64,000 bases of DNA from Lachnospiraceae bacterium (lineage in GTDB: Bacteria; Bacillota; Clostridia; Lachnospirales; Lachnospiraceae): the NCBI GenBank assembly GCA_017450065.1, contig JAFSYI010000028.1, positions 1,172-65,171 on the forward strand, given 5' to 3'. Position 1 is the stretch's first letter, and each line of letters starts with the position of its first letter. Below are positions 57,905 through 64,000 of this stretch, in pieces. The position numbers and the translations under genes were made by a program. The notes beneath the pieces were generated by a model that was not told the origin of the DNA, did not search any database, and was given only the letters and a program-made list of their open reading frames with translations.

Positions 57905-57933
57905 ATTATAGAGGATTTTTCTGAATTACTCAA
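57905..57933 (-). promoter_or_regulatory. Promoter placed for a leaderless GIY-YIG transcript
   Basis: On the minus strand: TTGAGT (57933-57928), 17-nt spacer, TATAAT (57910-57905), then 7 nt to the ATG at 57897. There is no SD sequence. Confidence 0.4.
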
Positions 57934-58078
57934 TAAAACTATTTTTCCCGATAATAAACTGCTATCTGTTTTTCTTCCCAATAACACTTACAGACTGTAT
58001 AATTGTTATCATAAACCTGTTTAGTATCTGTTACAAAATAGATTTATTTATGAACAGCTATAAAAGGAGATTCGGATT

Positions 58079-58717
58079 GTGATACGTGATATAAACATGG
58101 AAGAAATATCGGACGGAAAGCGTTACCGATCTGCGGACATGGTTAAGATAGGTTGTGCGGAATGTAAGGGTTGCAGCGAATGCTGCCGCCTGACGGATGA
58201 TACCATCATACTTGATCCATATGATATATATGAGCTGTGCAGAGGACTTAATACTACCTTTGACTCCCTGCTTAACAATTCAATGATAGAGCTGGGAATT
58301 GCCGACGGGCTTATGCTGCCGCATCTTAAGGTAGATACGGATGGACACGGCTGCACTTTTCTGAGTCCCGAAGGCAGATGCACCATTCACAGCTTCCGCC
58401 CGGGCTTCTGCCGGCTGTATCCTCTCGGACGTATATACGAGAACGGTTCATTCTCATATTTCCTGCAAATAAACGAATGCCCTTATCCCAATAAGACAAA
58501 GGTAAAGATTAAGAAGTGGCTCGGAATAGAGAATCTGTCAGAATATGAAGCCTATATAATGAAATGGCATAAAATACATGCAAAAGCCAGGGAAGAAGCA
58601 GCTTTGATCCACGATCACCGTGAGCTTTCCGGGTATCTGGCAGCTTTTTTGAGACGATATTTTCAGATTCCGTATGATCTTACAAGACCATTCCATGAGC
58701 AGTTTACACAGCGCTAA
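58079..58717 (+). CDS. YkgJ-family cysteine-cluster protein (CxxCxxCC zinc/iron-chelating domain)
   Basis: GCAECKGCSECCRL. GTG start lies 8 nt after AAAGGAGA. Confidence 0.75.
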   Translation: MIRDINMEEISDGKRYRSADMVKIGCAECKGCSECCRLTDDTIILDPYDIYELCRGLNTTFDSLLNNSMIELGIADGLMLPHLKVDTDGHGCTFLSPEGRCTIHSFRPGFCRLYPLGRIYENGSFSYFLQINECPYPNKTKVKIKKWLGIENLSEYEAYIMKWHKIHAKAREEAALIHDHRELSGYLAAFLRRYFQIPYDLTRPFHEQFTQR

Positions 58718-58860
58718 AATAAACAATTTCTGCAATATAGCTTGATTTTTTCACACTTATTATTTAGATTATATCTATACTACTAACGGAATCATGAGAA
58801 ACCTCCGATATAATATATACCCTTTTTATTGTTTTGACCATTCGGAACAGACGTGAACAT

Positions 58861-61455
58861 ATGATATCAAAAGGTCTTGTCTATACAAATGAAAACTGTG
58901 TCGGATGCAATAAGTGTATTACAGCCTGCAGCTGCATTGGCGCCTGTGTACCTGTCGAAGACCCGCAGTCCGGCAAATTCCGCATCGAGGTTGACGGTGA
59001 AAGATGTATCGCCTGCGGTGCCTGTTTTGATGCCTGTGTACACAATGCAAGAGAATATACAGATGATACAGATGCTTTCTTTGAAGCTCTTGAGCGCGGT
59101 GAAGAGTTTTCTATGCTTATTGCCCCTTCATTTCCCGCCAACTATCCGGACGAATACGAGGCAGTTCTCGGAGAGCTGAGTACCCTTGGTGTAAACCGCT
59201 TCATTAACATAGCCTTTGGCGCAGATATAGCAACCTGGTGTTACGTTAATTATATGCAGCAGAATGATTTTGTCGGGGGGATATCCCAGCCCTGCCCTGT
59301 TGTTGTCAGCTATATCGAAAAATATGAGCCGAAGCTTATAAACAGGCTGTTTCCCATTCAGAGCCCTCTTATGTGCGCTGCGATCTATGCCCGTAAGCAT
59401 CTGAAGATAAAGGATAAGCTTGCTTTTCTTAGTCCATGTATCGCCAAAAAGACGGAGATAAACGATCCCAATACACATGGCCTTATATCATACAATGTAA
59501 CCTTTTCACATCTTATGAAAAGGATGCGCAGCAAAGATCTTAACAAAAAGCAGTCCTTTGACCGTATGGAATACGGGCTTGGCGGAATATGGCCCATGCC
59601 CGGAGGATTAAAGGAAAACATAGCATGGCTTCTCGGTGAGGATGTCTTTATCCGTCAGGTTGAGGGTGAAAAACATCTGTATAACTATCTTAAGCACAAC
59701 GCAGAGAAAATATCGGACGGAAGTACGGGCTTTTCCCTTATTGACGTACTTAACTGTAAGAACGGATGCCTGTGCGGAACGGCTGCGGAACCGGAAATAG
59801 CGGAAAATGAGGATCCTCTCATTTGGCTTCTGAAAGCAAGATCCTCCATCAAGAGCTCTCCCGTCGATAAGGCATGGCGCAGTGAACTGTCTCCAAAGAA
59901 GAGGCTGGAAGCCCTTAATAAAAGATATGAGTATCTTAAGCTGTCGGATTTCGAAAGAAAATATACAGATAAATCATCTCATGTTCCCGTAAGATATCCG
60001 GATGAAGATGAACTTAAAGATGTCTTTGCCGATATGCGGAAATATACCCATGAAACACAGCATATCAACTGTACCGCCTGCGGAAATGAAACCTGTTATG
60101 ACATGGCCGTTTCCATTTTTAACGGTTTTAACAACAAGCATAACTGTGTCTATTATGTAAAAAACATCGTGGATGAGGAAGAAGCCAAGCTCCGTTTCCT
60201 TGCAGAACACGATCAGTCACTGCTCATATACAACAGAAGAGCCATAACAGAGAAGCTTGAATCGGATTTCTCCGATGACGATACCTTCAGTGTAATACTT
60301 GCGGATCTAAATAATTTCAAGGGCATAAACGCCACCTACGGAAATAACGGCGGTGATATGATCCTTCGTAATATTTCATCCGCACTTGAGAATCTCTGCT
60401 CAAAAAAGAACTGGATATGCGGAAGATTCGGGGGCGACGAATTCATGATAATTGTTCCGGGTTCAAATATATTGCCCAACGATCCTGTCATAGAAGAGCT
60501 TATAACCGCATTTTCCACCCCCACACCTCTTGGCGGGGAATGGATATCCGCCACCGTAAGCATAGGTATCTCCAATTCTGACGGTGTAACTCATGTCAAG
60601 GAGCACATCGCCTGTGCGGAAAATGCCATGTATCTCGCCAAAAGCAAGGGCAAGAACTGTGTTATCGAGTATTCAGCAGAGCAGAAGGCCAAGCAGAAAG
60701 AAGAGAGCGAGATCAAGGCAAAGGTACTGTATGCACTTGAAAATGACGGATTCTTTATGGTTTATCAGCCTCAGGTAGATGCCGCAACAAGAAGCGTAAA
60801 CGGATATGAGGCTCTGGTTCGTATGAAGACACCGGGCGTCTATCCGGGTCAGTTCATCCCGATAGCGGAGAAGAACGGCTGGATATGGCGTATAGGCCGT
60901 ATAACAACAGAGCTTGTCGTAAAACAGCTTGCCGAATGGATCGGGAAAGGTTACACCCCTCATCCCGTTTCGATCAACTTTTCATCAAACCAGCTGAGTG
61001 ATGAAAGCTATGTGGATTTCCTTGAAGACCTTCTTAAGACCTACAACATTCCGTCATCACTTGTTGAGATAGAAATAACCGAGGGGCTGTTCCTTGAGAA
61101 ATCCTCACAGGCCCAGGATCTGTTTGATCGTTTTAAGAAGCTTGGCATCCGTCTTCTCATGGATGATTTCGGAACAGGTTACTCGTCCCTCGGATATCTA
61201 ACCTATATACCGGTGGATGTGATCAAGCTCGATAAATCTTTGGTGGATACCTATCTTGTTGAAGGAAAGGACAGCTTTATCCATAATGTCATCCGTCTTA
61301 TGCATGATCTTGACAAGGAAATGCTTATAGAGGGTGTTGAAGAGAAGTGGCAGTATGACCGGCTGCGTGAAATGGGCGCAGATACAATACAGGGCTACTA
61401 TTTCAGCAAGCCAATCCCGCCGGATGAAGCGATAGTTTTCAGGATATCCTCATAA
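58861..61455 (+). CDS. [FeFe]-hydrogenase-like sensory domain (2x[4Fe-4S] ferredoxin, H-domain-like region, Cx2Cx4Cx16C) fused to GGDEF and EAL domains
   Basis: CVGCNKCITAC and CIACGACFDAC are ferredoxin motifs. SQPCP, SPCIAKKTE and NCKNGCLCG are H-cluster-like motifs. CTACGNETC-x16-C follows. GGDEF and EAL motifs are RFGGDEF, YEALVR and DDFGTGYSS. The start is ATG 58861 (or TTG 58834), with a weak SD. Confidence 0.8.
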   Translation: MISKGLVYTNENCVGCNKCITACSCIGACVPVEDPQSGKFRIEVDGERCIACGACFDACVHNAREYTDDTDAFFEALERGEEFSMLIAPSFPANYPDEYEAVLGELSTLGVNRFINIAFGADIATWCYVNYMQQNDFVGGISQPCPVVVSYIEKYEPKLINRLFPIQSPLMCAAIYARKHLKIKDKLAFLSPCIAKKTEINDPNTHGLISYNVTFSHLMKRMRSKDLNKKQSFDRMEYGLGGIWPMPGGLKENIAWLLGEDVFIRQVEGEKHLYNYLKHNAEKISDGSTGFSLIDVLNCKNGCLCGTAAEPEIAENEDPLIWLLKARSSIKSSPVDKAWRSELSPKKRLEALNKRYEYLKLSDFERKYTDKSSHVPVRYPDEDELKDVFADMRKYTHETQHINCTACGNETCYDMAVSIFNGFNNKHNCVYYVKNIVDEEEAKLRFLAEHDQSLLIYNRRAITEKLESDFSDDDTFSVILADLNNFKGINATYGNNGGDMILRNISSALENLCSKKNWICGRFGGDEFMIIVPGSNILPNDPVIEELITAFSTPTPLGGEWISATVSIGISNSDGVTHVKEHIACAENAMYLAKSKGKNCVIEYSAEQKAKQKEESEIKAKVLYALENDGFFMVYQPQVDAATRSVNGYEALVRMKTPGVYPGQFIPIAEKNGWIWRIGRITTELVVKQLAEWIGKGYTPHPVSINFSSNQLSDESYVDFLEDLLKTYNIPSSLVEIEITEGLFLEKSSQAQDLFDRFKKLGIRLLMDDFGTGYSSLGYLTYIPVDVIKLDKSLVDTYLVEGKDSFIHNVIRLMHDLDKEMLIEGVEEKWQYDRLREMGADTIQGYYFSKPIPPDEAIVFRISS

Positions 61456-61461
61456 ATAAGA

Positions 61462-61494
61462 GTGTGAGTCACGGGATACATCCATGACTCACAC
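61462..61494. terminator. Bidirectional hairpin between the GGDEF-EAL gene and the CapA-family gene
   Basis: GTGTGAGTCA (61462-61471) pairs with TGACTCACAC (61485-61494). Confidence 0.65.
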
Positions 61495-61498
61495 CGCC

Positions 61499-62752
61499 TC
61501 ACATTATCTGGTCTGTAATATACTTCTTGACTTTCTCAAGCCCGCTCTTCTCCCATTCCCTGTCTTCTTCCTTAAGGGACAATGGATACATTATCTGCAT
61601 GTCGAGCACTTCACCCGGAACCCGCCCGCTTCTAAGCGGTTCATAGAAATTATCTATATAATCCTGTTCCGATGCATCCCTGAATTTATCGGGATACAGG
61701 TATTTAAGCTGCTTTTTCGTATTTACGATAAACATCTTTGCCGCAAGAGGAATAAGCCGCTTATACTCTTCCTCATTAACATCCTCAAATATAAGAGGAA
61801 GCTCACTGCTTATTATCCTCTCACTTTCCCTGTCGATCCTTATCCCGTAAGGCTTAAAGCCATATGCTTCTTCGGTAAAATCGATCTTTATAAACAGTCC
61901 CAGCTCTGTATTAAACTGCGAACGCTGATAATCCGTATCAAATATAAAATTGCCAAGTGAATAGAAGATCACCTTATTTCCGACTGTTTCATAATTCATC
62001 GGAACATGGGGATGATGCGATATTACAATATCCGCACCCATTTTTAAGTATTCATGGTATCTGTCTCTTGTATACGGAGACGGAAGTGCCGTGAATTCCT
62101 CACCGCCGTGTGCAACCACTATACACCACCTGCAGTCTGATTTAATAAGCTCTATCTGCTCCCGTATCGTATCCATGTCGCTCCAGCTTAAGCAGCCGGG
62201 GATATCTTCCGATGCCTTTCTGCATGCGCGCTGATATCCGGCACCTATCATGCCGATGCCTCCGGCCTCTTTTAGGATCACCGGCCTCTTTGCCTCATCA
62301 ATGTTCATTCCGGCGCCCAGTGTCACAGCTCCATGCTCCCTTGCAACCGCGAGCGTTGAAGCCATTCCGTCGGGGCCGTCATCCATAATATGATTATTAC
62401 ATATATTCCAGATATCGGCGCCAAGCCTTCCCTTTAGGAAATCCGCCACTTTGGGATCCATACTGTGCTTAAGCGTCGCTGCAAGCCCTGCCGCTCCGGA
62501 TTTTTCGTCTTTGGTGGATGTATCTGATCCTCCGCCTTTATCCGCCGCAGCTTCAGGATTTCTCATTCCGGTTCCATCGGCCGGTTTGTTCCCTGCCGAC
62601 AGCGGACCTTCGACATTTACGATCAGATGATCCGTATTCCTTAGGAATTTAAGCACTTCAGGCGCAATGAGCTCTTCATCCTCCCACCTGCCTGCCATAT
62701 ATTTATCAAATCCTATATCCCCTGTAAATATGAGGGATGTTTCCTTTTTCAT
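61499..62752 (-). CDS. CapA-family (PGA_cap metallophosphatase-like) protein
   Basis: LIFTGDIGFD, NNHIMD, VVAHGGEE and ISHHPHV are metallophosphoesterase-like motifs. A G/S/D/K-rich insert lies near aa 55-95. Confidence 0.75.
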   Translation of the reverse strand: MKKETSLIFTGDIGFDKYMAGRWEDEELIAPEVLKFLRNTDHLIVNVEGPLSAGNKPADGTGMRNPEAAADKGGGSDTSTKDEKSGAAGLAATLKHSMDPKVADFLKGRLGADIWNICNNHIMDDGPDGMASTLAVAREHGAVTLGAGMNIDEAKRPVILKEAGGIGMIGAGYQRACRKASEDIPGCLSWSDMDTIREQIELIKSDCRWCIVVAHGGEEFTALPSPYTRDRYHEYLKMGADIVISHHPHVPMNYETVGNKVIFYSLGNFIFDTDYQRSQFNTELGLFIKIDFTEEAYGFKPYGIRIDRESERIISSELPLIFEDVNEEEYKRLIPLAAKMFIVNTKKQLKYLYPDKFRDASEQDYIDNFYEPLRSGRVPGEVLDMQIMYPLSLKEEDREWEKSGLEKVKKYITDQIM

Positions 62753-62753
62753 A

Positions 62754-63608
62754 TTATTGCTCCAGATATTTCTTTACTCTTTCAACCTCTGCAAGCCCGG
62801 TCCTTTTGCCTATATCGTATACTCTCTGCAGCTCATCCGGTTTATTTGATACCTTTATATTAAGGGATTTCTCCGGCCTTATCACAAGAAGCTCACCCTT
62901 TAATTCCTTATCTCTTATATAACCGTAAATCTCATTGTACCTGTCATGCCTGTCAAGCATGGCTTCTGTAAGCTTGGGATATCCATGATACATAGCCTTG
63001 GCAGCCGGTCCATATTTGATCTTCTTCTTTACATAATCAAGAGGCTGTGTAAGAATGACCACATTCCTGTCATATCCTATTTCCTCGAAATATTTTATCG
63101 GAACCGAATCGGCCACTCCTCCGTCCAAAAGCCTGATACCGTCTATCTCAACTATCTGTTCTACCATCGGCATGGCGCACGAAGCTCTTATCCATTCAAG
63201 AAATGTATTAAAATCATCCAGTTCACTGTCATACTTATGATGTACGGCCAGACCTGTTTCTATATTTGTACAGGTGACATAGAACTCCATCGGATTGGAT
63301 TTAAAGGTATCCCAGTCAAACTTGTCAAGGCTTTCCGGTATCTCGTGGTAACAAAAATCCTCAGAATAAAGATTACCCGTTCTTAGCAGACCTCTTATGC
63401 TTATATATCTCTTATCATCACAGTATGCCTTATTGTACCTTAATGCCCTGCCTATCTGCTTTGATTTATAATTACAGCCGAAAGCGGCGCCTGCACTCGT
63501 TCCTATACCTCCGTCGAATTCTATTCCGTTTTCCATAAAAACATCTGTAACTCCGGCAGTGAACAGACCTCTCATTGCTCCACCTTCCATTACAAGCCCT
63601 TTCTTCAT
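62754..63608 (-). CDS. Patatin-like phospholipase family protein
   Basis: LVMEGGAMRGLFTAGV (oxyanion GGxR), GTSAGA (GxSxG) and LDGGVADSVP (catalytic DGG). Confidence 0.85.
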   Translation of the reverse strand: MKKGLVMEGGAMRGLFTAGVTDVFMENGIEFDGGIGTSAGAAFGCNYKSKQIGRALRYNKAYCDDKRYISIRGLLRTGNLYSEDFCYHEIPESLDKFDWDTFKSNPMEFYVTCTNIETGLAVHHKYDSELDDFNTFLEWIRASCAMPMVEQIVEIDGIRLLDGGVADSVPIKYFEEIGYDRNVVILTQPLDYVKKKIKYGPAAKAMYHGYPKLTEAMLDRHDRYNEIYGYIRDKELKGELLVIRPEKSLNIKVSNKPDELQRVYDIGKRTGLAEVERVKKYLEQ

Positions 63609-64000
63609 TTCCTCTTCTCTCCTTTATGTACTGATCTTATATAAGACTTATTATTTTTCTTATCATCCATACTTCCTGATCTGTCACGAGGCATTGTATT
63701 CTTCCTTGACTGTTGATCGTGTCTTTTTGAATGTGTGCCTTTTTCAAGTGTTTCTGCGGATGCTTTACCCGGTTTATTCTGACTTTTTCTTCTGTCTTTA
63801 CCGGCAGCCGTGTTCCCCGGCCCGGTAAAGGGTCTCGGAGGTATCAGACATCCCTTACCATATCCGATAAGGTCTGTACGTCCGCATTCAAGCAGAGCCT
63901 CTTTAACCAGTTCATAGTTTTCCGGATCCCGGTACTGAATAAGCGCCCTCTGCATTGCCTTGCGGTGCGGACTTCTCTCGACATATACTTTCTCCGCACC
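63605..64000 (-). CDS. YgiQ-family radical SAM protein, C-terminal part (5' end outside the window)
   Basis: The frame is open to the window edge (...GAEKVYVERSPHRKAMQRALIQYRDPENYELVKEAL...). The basic C-terminal tail is typical of YgiQ/UPF0313. Its stop overlaps the patatin gene start (ATGA). Confidence 0.7.
   Translation of the reverse strand, partial: GAEKVYVERSPHRKAMQRALIQYRDPENYELVKEALLECGRTDLIGYGKGCLIPPRPFTGPGNTAAGKDRRKSQNKPGKASAETLEKGTHSKRHDQQSRKNTMPRDRSGSMDDKKNNKSYIRSVHKGEKRK

Noticed and set aside
61499-64000. I considered whether the patatin-like phospholipase, with its CapA-family and YgiQ radical-SAM neighbours, is a CBASS-like or other defence module.
   Set aside because: No cyclase/nucleotidyltransferase, sensor or other defence hallmark is present. 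These three families commonly occur as housekeeping genes. Overlapping stops and starts only show operon coupling.
1-64000. I looked for mobile elements, a genomic island or a prophage anywhere in the window.
   Set aside because: I saw no integrase, transposase, tRNA attachment site, phage structural genes or obvious terminal repeats. Gene content is mostly housekeeping, with consistent strand bias. Only the MATE-flanking 27-mers hint at a local insertion.

Overview
This window looks like core chromosome from a Firmicute. Gene content, strong AGGAGG-type Shine-Dalgarno sites and the protein families suggest Clostridia, probably Lachnospiraceae; that placement is an inference. I call about 45 protein genes, most on the minus strand. 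I saw no rRNA, tRNA, CRISPR array, transposase, integrase or prophage genes.

Recognisable content:
- Glycogen and maltodextrin genes: malQ and glgP.
- A xylose-type cluster: GH3 glycosidase, xylB, a ROK XylR-like repressor, and an adjacent DUF4867 plus FucI-family operon.
- Housekeeping genes: metK with a SAM-I riboswitch, murA, ileS, hflX and pncB.
- A paired COG0523 (CobW-like) metallochaperone operon.
- A 1516-aa Big_2-repeat surface protein followed by a class B sortase.
- Three c-di-GMP genes: two HD-GYP proteins and one GGDEF-EAL protein.

I found no clearly complete new multi-gene system. The observations most worth following up are:
1. An [FeFe]-hydrogenase-like sensory module (HydS-type cysteine signature) fused to GGDEF-EAL.
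2. XylR-type operators that tie an uncharacterised DUF4867 plus FucI-family operon to the xylose genes.
3. A MotA/ExbB-like protein with a long coiled-coil tail (ZorA-like architecture), cut by the left window edge.
4. A recurrent intergenic motif, (G)TAACTATTC-N-GAACAG, including near-identical 27-mers flanking a MATE gene.
5. An unannotated 36-codon membrane micro-ORF between a CofE-like gene and a RACo-like gene.
6. A nested 20-bp inverted-repeat element.

All functional calls come from motif recognition by eye. No database search was run.
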